A stretch of DNA of 64,000 bases, from assembly GCA_038087875.1 (NCBI GenBank), contig CM075989.1, forward strand, positions 19,592,001-19,656,000. Direction: 5' to 3'. Source of the stretch: Malacoraja senta (taxonomy: Eukaryota). Both the position numbers and the translations under genes were made by a program. The notes under the pieces are model-generated. The model had not been told where the DNA came from, ran no database searches, and saw only the letters and a program-made list of their open reading frames with translations. Shown piece by piece: positions 37,191 to 48,795 of this stretch (its first letter is position 1; each line of letters starts with the position of its first letter).

Positions 37191-37974
37191 ATTCTGCATT
37201 AGCTTACTCCTTTACATTTGTTCCATATTTGTTTCAGTGCCTTCCTATTTTTTCTCTTCATTCCGTCAGTGTTTGTTTGATTAATTGAAAGATACAGCAT
37301 GGAAACAAGCCCCTTCGGCCCATCAAGTCTGTGCCACCCATTTACACTTGTTTGACGTCACCCCACTTTTACATCAACTCCCTACGCACGAGGGGCAATT
37401 TTACACAGGTCTATTAACCTACAAACCCACAGGTCTTAGGGATGTGAGAGGAAACCGGGGCTCCCGAAGGAAACGCATGCATTCACAGGGAGAACGTGCA
37501 AACTCCACACAGACAACATCCGAGGTCAGGATCGAACCTGGGTCTTTGGGGCTATCAGTTGCGCCATTGTGCCACCCAAGTTTCTTATCCAAGGTCAATA
37601 TTTCTCAATTTACTTCTATTTATATTTATGTCTACCTTACTTAATCTTATGACCTCTGAATAAAAATGGTAGCTGATTCATATAATGTCCGGGCCAAAAA
37701 GATGGTGTTTCAATATAACTTAAGATAGACACAAAAAGCTGGAGTAACTCAGCGGGACGGACAGCACCTCTGGTGGCGGTTTGGGTCAAGACCCCTCTTC
37801 AGACAATTTCCATCCTGCATTTTAGCACCCATGCAGAACTCATGGACTTCCTTAACTTCACCACCTATTTCCACCCTGCACTTCCCCAACTTTACAATAT
37901 AGCTTAGAAGAACATAAAGTTTCAGGAACAAGAAAGCAATTGAAAAAATAAATAACTGTATGAAAGTATCAGTG

Positions 37975-38615
37975 ACATATCTAAAGGATTTGAGTATAGG
38001 AGCAGGGAGGTTCTACTGAAGTTGTACAGGGTCTTGGTGAGACCACACCTGGAGTATTGCGTACAGTTTTGGTCTCCAAATCTGAGGAAGGACATTATTG
38101 CCATAGAGGGAGTACAGAGAAGGTTCACCAGACTGATTCCTGGGATGTCAGGACTGTCTTATGAAGAAAGACTGGATAGACTTGGTTTATACTCTCTAGA
38201 ATTTAGGAGATTGAGAGGGGATCTTATAGAAACTTACAAAATTCTTAAGGGGTTGGACAGGCTAGATGCAGGAAGATTGCTCCCGATGTTGGGGAAGTCC
38301 AGGACATGGGGTCACAGCTTAAGGATAAGGGGGAAATCCTTTAAAACCGAGATGAGAAGAACTTTTTTCACACAGAGAGTGGTGAATCTCTGGAACTCTC
38401 TGCCACAGAGGGTAGTCGAGGCCAGTTCATTGGCTATATTTAAGAGGGAGTTAGATGTGGCCCTTGTGGCTAAAGGGATCAGAGGGTATGGAGAGAAGGC
38501 AGGTACGGGATACTGAGTTGGATGATCAGCCATGATCATATTGAATGGCGGTGCAGGCTCGAAGGGCCGAATGGCCTACTCCTGCACCTAATTTCTATGT
38601 TTCTATGTTTCTATG
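37975..38615 (+). mobile_element. Young CR1 LINE 3' portion with open RT C-terminal frame (38022-38516)
   Basis: LYRVLVRPHLEYCVQFWSP...RGDLIETYKI...FFTQRVVNLWNSLP; tail (TTTCTATG)n. Confidence 0.95.
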
Positions 38616-38923
38616 TATCCAATGGGTTTAAAATATCCAAAATGAAGGTATACATTAATATTGTGTGGGAAGGAACAGCAGATGCTGGTTTAAACCGAAG
38701 ATAGACACAAAATGCTGGAGTAACTCAGCGGGACAGGCAGCATCTCTGGAGAAAAGGAATAGGTGACGTTTCGGGTCGAGACCCTTCTTCAGACTGAGAT
38801 TCAGGGGAAAGGGGAAACGAGAGATATAGACGGTGATATAGAGAGATATAGAATAAATTAATGAAAGATATGCGAAAGAGTAACAATGATAAAGAAACAG
38901 GCCATTGTTAGCTGCGGGGTGGG

Positions 38924-39099
38924 TCTTCTTCTTGTCGAGTCCACACACAAGATTAGAAGTTGTTCAGCCAGAGCTGAACACACTTCTCGGCATCTGCATA
39001 CAATGGTGTCTGTCTTGCGCTTCTTGTGCTTCCTTGGGCGTGGTGGTGGAAAGATTGGTGGAAACAGGGCCGCGACGTGAACGCTCTTTCCTTGACCCT
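38924..39099 (-). mobile_element. Short non-autonomous retroposon with 5' HDV-like ribozyme (family B, copy 2, uninterrupted)
   Basis: Closely similar to 18775-19052; (AAG)n tail; short GTGGG flanking repeat. Confidence 0.85.
39048..39099 (-). ncRNA. Minimal HDV-like ribozyme (predicted)
   Basis: AGGGUC-AA-GGAAAGA-GCG-UUCACGU-CGC-GGCCCU-GUUUCCA-CCAA-UCUUUCC. Confidence 0.8.
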
Positions 39100-40687
39100 G
39101 TGGGCTAGGTGAAAACAAGTTACAGACAATGAAACCCAACAGGACGACTTAATATTGTGTAGCCAGTGACTTTTCATGTATTATACATTAGTGGAAGTAC
39201 AATAATTTCTTGTTTGCAAATCGCCAAATGCCCACCATTGTAAGATTAGACTGGACATTAGTGGAATAGGTGCCTTTCCACAGGGCAAGATGAAACCATC
39301 AGACAAGATGCCCGTATCCAAGCCCCCCTCTCTCTTGTCTCTGCAGTCAGTATCAAGGAATCTATTGGAAGTTTCAGATTCATAGCGTGCTTACATGTTC
39401 CGCTGTCAGGTCTGGGCTTGTGGGCTGTGGGAGAATTTAAAGAGGGAAAAGGAATATAATTCTGAAAAGAAAAAAGTCCACTTCAACCATGCATTCCCAC
39501 GAGGTGTGGTCATATGTGTCAAGGACAACAAACTTATGAAAAATGACGCTGGCTGGCCACGAAGTGTTGCTGCAAACAGTGGTCTTTAGTTGTACGGTTT
39601 TCACTCTGAAAAATGCCATCTCTAGGTTATTGAAAACTCAACTGGGGAAATGCCTGGGCTGGCTTCTTGTCTGCCAGCTTCTAATTTGGCCAGTCCGATG
39701 AGTCTTCATGCCAAAATGTCTTGGGTTTTTTCCCCCCACTGAAATAAAGCACTACCATTAGCAAGTTCAAAATGTCACTCTGGGGTTATGTTTGGTAGTG
39801 ATGAAAGTATAAACCTGAAAAATGTATTATTTTGTACGATTACCAGACTGAATGAAGTTCCCCCCTAATAGCCAATGCCGCGGAGTGCAATGCGAACTGT
39901 TTGATTAGTGAGTGGAGAAATGTATTGCTTCAGTCTGGATACCAAATGTAAAACATGACAGTTATAACCCATTATTGGCACCTTGCTATATGTGTGCTTG
40001 GTCAATGGGCGAGAGTCTGCTGCACAGGGCGATTAATAGGTGTTTGTCCATTGACTGAAACAAACAACAAACTATCTAAAGTTCTGACATGAAGAAATCC
40101 ATGATCAACTAGAGTCATAGAGTCATACAGCTGGGGAACAGGCCCTTCGGCCCAACTCATCCATGCTGACCAGAATGTCCTATTACCACGTATCCGTATT
40201 TACCCGAATCCGTCCAAACCGTTCCTATCCAGGCATTTGCCCAAATGTCTTTAAAATGTCCATTCCTCCACTGCTTACCATCTACCCACCACCCACTCTG
40301 TGAAAAATGTGTTCCTCTTAAGTTCATAAGTTATAGGAACAGAATTAAGCCATTCAACTCATCAAGTCTACTCCGCCATTCAATCATGGCTGATCTATCT
40401 TTCCCTCTTAACCCCATTCTCCTGCCTTCTTCCCATAACCCATGACACCTTACTAATCATTCTGATTAAATCTTTAACCTTTCCCCTTAAACCAGTGCCC
40501 GCCAGTTCTTGATTTCGCTACCCTGGGAAAAAGACTCCGTGCATTATCCCGATCTATTCCCGTCATGATGTTGTACACCTCTATAAGATCAGCCCTCACC
40601 CTCCTGTGCTCCAAGGAATAGAGTCCTAGCCTGCCCAACCTCTCCCTATAGCGCAGGCCTTCAAGTCCTGGCTACAGCCTTGTAAAT

Positions 40688-40741
40688 GGGGTGGAAGATT
40701 GCAACCTTCACGTGGTCCGCCCTGTTTCGACTAATGCAATC
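40688..40741 (+). ncRNA. Minimal HDV-like ribozyme (predicted)
   Basis: GGGGUGG-AA-GAUUGCA-ACC-UUCACGU-GGU-CCGCCCU-GUUUCGA-CUAA-UGCAAUC: 7-bp P1 with G1-U wobble, 7-bp P2, 3-bp P3. Confidence 0.85.
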
Positions 40742-40827
40742 AACTCGACGTGCACAAGCGGAAGATCAAATAGAACAAGTTGTCCAACAACTTTAGGCTG
40801 TGCATGCCACACGAAAGAAGAAGAAGA
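40688..40827 (+). mobile_element. Short non-autonomous retroposon with 5' HDV-like ribozyme (family C)
   Basis: 12-bp TSD AGCCT(T/C)GTAAAT; tail CACACGAAAGAAGAAGA; first base is the predicted G1. Confidence 0.85.
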
Positions 40828-41712
40828 AGCCTCGTAAATCTTCTCTGCACTCTTTCCAGTTTACTGTTATCTTTTCAATTTTCTAAGCAAAGTGACTTCC
40901 CTTCAAATCTCAACATTTTGTACATCTTATTTTTTAGCTGACTGTGCTGGAGCTGTCGGCAATAATACTGGTGGGGGTCATGGTCTCTGTGTCCAATCAC
41001 AGTCAATATGGAGACTTTAGGAACAAGCTGCCAGAGGAGGTAGTTGAGGCTGGGACTAACCCAATGTTTAAGAAACAGTGATGGGCCTGTCCCACTTATG
41101 AGACTTTTACAACATGTTGAAATTCCAGCGGCGACCAGAAAGACACTGCGACTCTTTGCGCGACTGAGGAGACGACTCATTACCATACAGGCGACATCCT
41201 GGCGACAGGGTGAAGCCTGTATGGTCGAGAGTAGTCGCCCAAAGAGTCGTACCTTGTTCTGGCCGCCGCTGGTCCGTCTCTGAGATCTTCAGTTTCCTCC
41301 CACACTCCAAAGACGTACAGGTTTGTAAGTTAATTGGCTTGGTATAAATGTAAAATTGTCCCTAGTGCGTGTAGGGTAGTGTTAAAGTGTGGGGATCGCT
41401 AGTCGGCACAGACTCGGTGGGCTGAAGGCTCTGTTTCTACGCTGTATCTCTAAACTAAACTAACATTGTTACATTCACAGTTACTGTACTTTCGTTACAG
41501 TCATCATCTTTAATGGTTGCAGAAGCTTCACCACCTTCTCCCAGCCTTGTGAAAAACAACATTTGTGTCCCACTGCCATTCCACACTGTCATGTCCTGTT
41601 GATAAATCTTCTGCAGTGTCTTACACACTAATTCATCTCCATTACTGGTGATCTACACTCGTCCCCACAACTCCCGTAGTTACCATTGCCCGTCAGACTG
41701 CCTTTTATTCGT

Positions 41713-41990
41713 AGACAATAGACTACAGACAATAGGTGCAGGAGTAGGCCATTCAGCCCTTCGAGCCAGCACCGCCAATCAATGTGACCATGGCTAATCA
41801 TCCCAATCAGTATCCCGTTCCTGCCTTCTCCCCATATCCCCTGACTCCGCTATCTTTAAGAGCCCTATCTAGCTCTCTCTTGAAAGTATCCAGAGAACCG
41901 GCCTCCTCCACCCTCTGAGGCAGAGAATTCCACAGACTCACTACTTTCTGTGTGCAAAAGTGTTTCCTCATCTCCGTTCTAAATGGCTAT
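41713..41990 (-). mobile_element. CR1 LINE 3' end
   Basis: Reverse complement of the LWNSLPQRVEEA region and (ATTGTCT)n tail. Confidence 0.85.
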
Positions 41991-42160
41991 ATTTTTGGTC
42001 TTTTTACTCACCCTGCCATGAAATTCAGGCCTCATAGACAACCCAGGAACAGAGGAGGCTGGAGAGAACGGTAAACATTGCCTGGTCCATCACGGATACT
42101 GACACACACACAAAGTGTTGGAGTAACTCAGCGGGTCAGGCAGCATCTCTGGAGGAACAA

Positions 42161-42480
42161 GGACGGCACGATGGCTCAGCGGGCGAGTTGCTGCCTTACA
42201 GCGCCAGAAACCCAGGTTCCACCCTGACTATGGGTGTTTGTCTGTACCGAGTCTGTACCTTCTCCCCGTGACCTGCGAGGTTTTTTTCCGGGATCTCCAG
42301 TTTCCTCTCAAACTCCAAAGACGTCCAGGTTTGTAGGTTTATTGGCTTGCTATAATTGTAAATTGTCTCCAGTGTGCGCGGGATAGTGTTAGTGTGCGAG
42401 GATCTCTGGTTGGCACGGACTCGGTGAGCCGAAGGGCTTGTTTCCGCGCTGTATCTCTATACTAAACTAAATTAAACTCA
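42161..42480 (+). mobile_element. HE1-like V-SINE inserted in a Penelope-derived arm
   Basis: Full SINE between GCATCTCTGGAGGAAC and GTGATGTTTTGGGTCGAGACCC. Confidence 0.85.
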
Positions 42481-42572
42481 ACTAACCAAAACACACGTGA
42501 TGTTTTGGGTCGAGACCCTTCTTCAGACTATGGGCACTGACATTCCCACTCTCGAAGGCTTCCACAGAAGGC

Positions 42573-42772
42573 NNNNNNNNNNNNNNNNNNNNNNNNNNNN
42601 NNNNNNNNNNNNNNNNNNNNNNNNNNNNNNNNNNNNNNNNNNNNNNNNNNNNNNNNNNNNNNNNNNNNNNNNNNNNNNNNNNNNNNNNNNNNNNNNNNNN
42701 NNNNNNNNNNNNNNNNNNNNNNNNNNNNNNNNNNNNNNNNNNNNNNNNNNNNNNNNNNNNNNNNNNNNNNNN
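42573..42772. other. Assembly gap (200 N)
   Basis: Run of N; the round length suggests a placeholder scaffold join. Confidence 1.
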
Positions 42773-43315
42773 GTGAAAAGCTTTTGTTGCGTGCTAACCA
42801 GTCAGCGGAAAGACAAGACATGATTACAATCAAGCCATTTACAGTGTAAAGATACATGAAAGGTCCATGAAAGGTTTTGTACAATCACGGTTTGTCTGCC
42901 TTGTCTTAATGATTATTAATTTATTGTAATATTGATTATTGTATATTTATCTGGGTGTTATCGCGTTAATGGGCCTGCAAGGCTGCAGCAAGGTCCGTTG
43001 CCATGACAACTGACAATTAAACACTCTTGACTTGTATCAATGAATCAATTCAAAGTCCTGAGGCGTGAAAGCCAGGAATTAACTCATTTGCTTTATCCAC
43101 TCCATTAAAATAAAAGATTAAAGAACTTCATGTCACATTGTGCTCGGGGTAACGTCAAGGCTACAAACACACACATCTCACCCTGGGGAAGGGACGGATA
43201 CTTTCCATTAACATGGCAACCAAAGCAAAACACTGATTCATCTTGAGAAATATAACGAATATAAATTGCGTAATAAGTCTCCACATAAAAAGATTCTCAT
43301 TCAGAATTGTGAACT

Positions 43316-43589
43316 ACAGGCCCTTCAGCCCACCACATCCGTGCTGACCAGCAATCACCCCATATACTCACTGGTTCTTTCCTACGCACTTGGGATGATT
43401 TACAGAAGCCAACTAATCTACAAACCTGCACGTCTTTGGAATATGGGAGAAAACCGGAGCACCCGGTGGAAACCCACACGTTCACTGGGAGAACGTGCAA
43501 ACTCCGTGCAGGCAGCACGAGGTCAGGATCGAACCCGGGTCTCTAACGCTGTAAGGCAGTAAGTCTACTGCTGCGCCACTGTGCCGCCC
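43316..43589 (-). mobile_element. HE1-like V-SINE
   Basis: Reverse-complement consensus. Confidence 0.85.
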
Positions 43590-43859
43590 AGTACATTTAC
43601 AATATGTTTGGAATATGTTGAGATTTTAAAGAAAGGAGGCTCCTGATGAGATTTTATATGAGTAGGAACATGATAATGTCATAGCTTTTTAAAATGAAGT
43701 CTGCTTTTATCGCAGTAATTAAACATAGAGCCAGACAGCACAGAGACAGGACCTTCGGCCCAACTCATCCATGGTGACCATTATGCCTCATCTTAGCTAG
43801 GCCGAACTACAAGTACAAGCAGCCTACCCTGGATTGATGAGCCACGTAGCCTCCATCTT

Positions 43860-44440
43860 TGACCATAAGACATAGGAACAGATTTACGCCATTCGGCCCA
43901 TCCAATCACGGCTGATCTATTTTTCCCTCTCATCCCCATTCTCTTGTCATCTCCCCGTAACCTTTGACAACCTTACTAATCAAGAACCTATCAATCTCTG
44001 CTTTAAAAATACCCAATGTTGTCCTCCACAGCCTTCTGTGGCAATGAATTGCACAGATTCACCACCGTCTGGCTAAAGAAATTCCTCCTCATCTCCATTC
44101 TAAAGGAACGTCCTTTTATTCAGAGGCTGTGCCCTCAGGTCCTAGTCTCTCCCACTAGTGGAATCATCCTCTCCTCATCCACTCTATCCAGGCCCTCCAT
44201 TTTTCAGTAGGTTTCAATGAGATCCCCCCCTCCTCATTCTTCTAAACTCCAGTGAGCACAGGCTTGGAGCCTTCAAACACTTCTCATGTTAACCCAATCA
44301 TCCCAGGATCACTCTCGTAAACCTCCCCTGGAAGTTCTCCAACACCTGAGCAAAAATCCTTCCTCAGATATGGGGCCCAAAACTGCTCACAATACTCCAA
44401 ATGTGGCCTCGCCAGTGCCTTATAAATCCTCAGCAATGCA
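43860..44440 (-). mobile_element. CR1 LINE 3' portion
   Basis: Reverse complement of RPHLEYCEQFWAP...FFSQTVVNL. Confidence 0.85.
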
Positions 44441-44849
44441 TCCATTGAGAGGACAATTCAATGATTCTACGGTTCGTTCAGAAACGCCAGTGCAAGATTG
44501 CGTACAAAATGTCAGCATGTAGAAATACAGGGTAGAAGTGAACTGACGCCAAACTCCAGGCTGTTCCCATTTGCAGTCTGAACAAATTTGTTGCCATATA
44601 ACATCCTGATACTCACAATCATAAAACCGACAGTCTATTAGAAAAAGTTATTGCTTGGGAAAGGGAAATAGAAATAGCTGTTTCTGTTTTATATTGGATG
44701 CCTTACAGTGCAACTTTTTTAATGATCACCATTTTAATTGACTAAAGTATAAAGGGAAAGTTTTGCTCAGTGGTCATTGTATGCCGATCTATCATGTTTA
44801 TTTGGGAGCAAAACACTTCAAACTGATTTATTTCCATCTACTTCCAGTG

Positions 44850-45543
44850 CTGCTGTCTCACAGCGCCAGAGAACCAGGTTCGATCCTGACCTCGGGTGCT
44901 GGACGTGTGGAGTTTGCACGTTCTCCCTGTGACCGCGTGGGTTTCCTTCCATATACCAAAGGCGTGCGGGTTTGTCGGTCAATTGGCCTCTGTAAATGGC
45001 CCCTAGTGTGTAGTGAGTGGTTGTGGAAGTGAGATAATGTAGAACTAGTGTGAACGGGTGATCAATGGCTGGTGTGGACTTGGTGGGCTGAAGGGCCAGT
45101 TTCCATGCTGTTTCTATCAATCAATCAAACAGAGAAAACAGCAAAATAAACAGGTTAGGACAATTTTTTCCTATTTCCTTACGACAGTGAAGGAGTCTCG
45201 TTGGTCTACATCAGCCTCCACAGCATTCACATCAGTTCCATCCACAAAGATATTTCCCTGTCCATTTCTTCCCTCTGATTCTTTGCCACCCACCTATACA
45301 AGGGCGGCACGGTGGCGCAGCAGTAGAGTTGTTGCCTTACAGTAGTAGAGACCCGGTTCGATCCTGACTACGGGTGCTGTCAGTACGGAGTTTGTACGTT
45401 CCCCTCATGATCTGTATGGGCTTTTTTCCGGGATCTCCAGTTTCCTCCCACACTCCAAAGATGTACAAGTTTTGTAGGTATAATTGCAAATTGTCTCTAG
45501 TATGTAGGATAGTGTTAGTGTGTGGGGATCGCTGGTCGGCGTG
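44850..45543 (+). mobile_element. Two HE1-like V-SINEs (44850-45125, 45302-45543)
   Basis: Heads and V-domains. Confidence 0.8.
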
Positions 45544-46254
45544 CCGTCAGTGGATATTTTTAAGGCAGAGATGGACAGATTCTTGATTAGTACCGGTGTC
45601 AGGTGGAAGGCAGGAGAATGGTGTTAGGAGGGAGAGGTAGATCAGCCATGATTGAATGGCGGAGTAGACTTGATGGGCCGAATGGCCTAATTCTGCTCCT
45701 ATCACTTATGAACTTATGATGTAAGTTAATTATATACTCAATATTCCTTAATACAATGTACAAGTATGTTTTTCTTTACTCCTTCACTCGATCTTAAATA
45801 AACTCAAAAACTCCATTTGAGCTCCAAAATTAGTAGACATTTGTGTTCCTGCCGTACTAGAACGCAAAAGGTTAGATTACAGTAAATACATTTTCACTCT
45901 TACTTCAGCCCCTTCCTGATAAGAAATTTCGAGATATCTGCAGTTGGCCTCTGACACAGAATAGAGTCCTTATCTACACATCTAGGACAATTCTAAATCA
46001 GTAGCGCTTTATAAACCCTTTGAATTCACACGTGCAATTCGCATTTCAGAGTAAAATGCAATTACCGATAAGTCAACAACTCCATAAGATCGAAGAAATT
46101 CTTATCTTTGCCGACTATAATTGATATTTTGGAGAGCCAGTTTTCCCACGGCAATGCTGGAGAATAAAGAGCAGTGGAATTTGACTCGTGGTCTATGATA
46201 TGACTTACACTGCGTGTAGGCTGAACATACAGCACAGATTATTCAGGAGGCTTC

Positions 46255-46324
46255 TGAAATTTCCTGCTAGTACCTTTTCCCGGAAGCCATGGCTTCCGGG
46301 AAAAGGTACTAGCAGGAAATTTCA
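46255..46324. repeat. Perfect 70-bp palindrome (no spacer)
   Basis: TGAAATTTCCTGCTAGTACCTTTTCCCGGAAGCCA|TGGCTTCCGGGAAAAGGTACTAGCAGGAAATTTCA. Confidence 0.98.
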
Positions 46325-47174
46325 CCGCTCTTCTTATCAGGAAGGGCTGAAGTAAGAGTGAAAATGTATAAGCCGGATCAGAAAATCAAAATGTTCAACT
46401 TAAAAATATTTAAATGTGCAACTTGACACAAGGACTTAAGGAGATATTTTCACGTCATTCCCTTCGTTGTGTATCTGTACACTGTGGATGGCTCGATTGT
46501 AATCATGTGTTGTCTTTCCGCTGACTGGTTAGCACGCACGAAAAGCTTTTCACTGCACCTCGGTACACGGGACAATAAACTCAACTCAAACTCAGACAAT
46601 GATAATTTCCCTGGGCCCTGGAGAATTGTCATTCTCGCCAGAGATGCTGCCTGTCTCGCTGAGTTACTCTGGCATTTTGTGACTACCTTCGATTTAAACC
46701 AGCATCTGCAGTTCTTTCCTACAAATGATAATTTCACTTTTTGGTATGTTTTAACCTGCCAGTGCGCTTGCCAATATAATGTTACCGAGGGCCGGCATGG
46801 TGGCGGAGCAGTAGAGTTGCTGCCTTATAGCGCAAGAGACCTGTATTCAATCAGGACTATGGGTGCTGTCTGTACATTGTGTGTATGTTCTCCCTGTGAC
46901 TGTGTGGGTTTTCTCTGGGTGCTCCGGTTTCCTCACACTTTCCAAAGATGTACGGATTAGCCTGGGGCTCGCCTGGATCGGGCACCGCTCCAGAAGTCCT
47001 AGAGCCGGCATTGAACTTTGGAAATGGCCCAAAAAATCTGGCGACGTGAAAAAGAATGTCACTGTGTTGCACATGCGACAATAAATCACCATTTACCCGT
47101 TGTAAAATAAAATAAAAGCTCCTTGACATGTAAGTCGAAGCCATAATTTAGTAACTTAGACGGCAAAACCATTC

Positions 47175-47815
47175 TGAGTCTGAAGAAGGGTCCCGATCCG
47201 AAACGTCACCAATCCTTTTTCCCCAGAGATGTTGCCTGACCCGCAGTTACTCCACCATTGTGTGTCGATCTTCGGTATAAACCAGCATCTGCAGTTCCTT
47301 CCTACACATCTTGGACTCCATGGTGAATTGAGCGCATCCCTACTCCCTCACAGTAGTGCACAGTGTGGCTTGCCCTGATGTGTAGGAAGGAACTGCAGAT
47401 GTTGGTTTACGTCAAAGATAGACACAAAATGCTGGAGTAACTCAGCGGGACAGGCAGCATCTCGGGAGAGAAGGAATGGGTGACGTTTCGGGTCGGGACC
47501 CTTCTTCAGACTCACAGAGGGAGAACAGCGAGAGATGGTGTTGCAGAACTCTTATCGGAGAGAGAACTTCTTCATAGTAGGCTTACCTTGAGGTCATTTC
47601 GCAGTGGAGCAGACAAAATGTGTAGGAAGAAACTGCAGATGGCTGTTTAGACTGAAGATAGACACAAAATGCTGGAGTAACTCAGCGGGACAGGCAGCAT
47701 CTCTGGAGAGAAGGAATGAGTCTGAAGAAGGGTCTCGACCTGAAACATCACCTATTCCTTCTCTCCAGAGATGCTGCCTGTCCCGCTGAGTTACTCCAGC
47801 ATTTTGTGTCTATCT
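47175..47815. mobile_element. Cluster of Penelope-derived short elements
   Basis: Several arms and CTGAAGAAGGGTC..GA.CCGAAAC cores on both strands. Confidence 0.8.
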
Positions 47816-47879
47816 TTGGCACATACTGATATCTGAGCCTCTGCTCCTCTATGGAATATCCTGCAACAGTCCAGCTCAC

Positions 47880-48795
47880 TAATATTAAATACTAACATTA
47901 CAGAATTGAAACATTGAAATATCTGGTTAAATAAAAGCAAAGGCAACATGAAAATATGAAATTCTATTGAATAATTTTATTTTACTTATCAAAAGTGAAC
48001 ACAAATTAACTTAGGCACAATCACCTGTTTACAGAATGTCCTCTATCAGATAGACTTATGGAATTTAAGCAAGATTTTCTTGGTGGTTTAAAAGAAATAT
48101 GATCGCTCATCTAAACTTACAGTACAAGAAATCATCCCTGCTTATCCAGAAATAGCAAAATTTGCAGCGATGATAGTAACAGCCATAGCACCTACTCAGG
48201 TCAGCATGGAGAGTGTTCTCTGCACTGAAAATAATTAAATCAGATTTAAGGGCTTCAATGAGAGGTTCTGGCAGAAGCAATTCTGTTCCTAAGGACGTTA
48301 TTAATAATTTTAGGTATGTACTTTTGTAGCAAACTTAATTACTGATGCATTTAGTTTTAATTTCTATTGCATTTTTAAAAAATGATAATTTAGCCATTTA
48401 GCTCATACCTGTGGCCTTAGTTTAATACATTTTGGAGTAATGCTTTTATAATTTTTATTTAATTCAATGGAATTTTAATTTTGTCATAGTCATATTTGTA
48501 ATTATTTTGCATAATGAATTATGTTGTTTTTTTCCAAGAATAAACAATTTTAAAAAAAAGCCACAATACCATAGCTACAACCATTAGACTCAAAACTTTA
48601 AGGACATGGGTTTGAAAAGTAGCCCGATGATTCATGTAGTTCTTATGAAATGCCATCTTGTGTAGTAAGGTCATCACAGCAGGTTTAGAATTATTATACC
48701 TAGGGGTCGGGGTTGGTCGGAGTCGGATACAAAAGAAATCAAAGAGTCGGAGTCGGTCTGAGTCGGGTGTTTTGGGTATCGGCTCCACAGCCCTG
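47880..48795 (+). mobile_element. hAT transposon 3' remnant
   Basis: YPEIAKFAAMIVTAIAPTQVSME(fs)FSALKIIKSDLRASM..LAEAILFLRT is the hAT dimerisation domain; GAGTCG subterminal repeats and terminus GGCTCCACAGCCCTG. Confidence 0.85.

Larger units (their letters stand above)
38662..39147 (-). mobile_element. Penelope-derived element, interrupted by family B element
   Basis: Shared arm plus reverse-strand CTGAAGAAGGGTCTCGACCCGAAACGTCAC. Confidence 0.8.
40110..40870 (-). mobile_element. Nested CR1 fragments
   Basis: Reverse-strand CR1 RT C-terminus and 3' UTRs; hosts the family C insertion. Confidence 0.8.

Noticed and set aside
38022-38516. Intact 164-aa gene
   Set aside because: It is the RT C-terminal part of a 5'-truncated CR1 copy
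42497-42884. ORFs spanning the N run
   Set aside because: Artefacts of the assembly gap
45930-46255. Upstream part of the hAT transposase (AEHTAQIIQEASE)
   Set aside because: Too short and stop-ridden to assign
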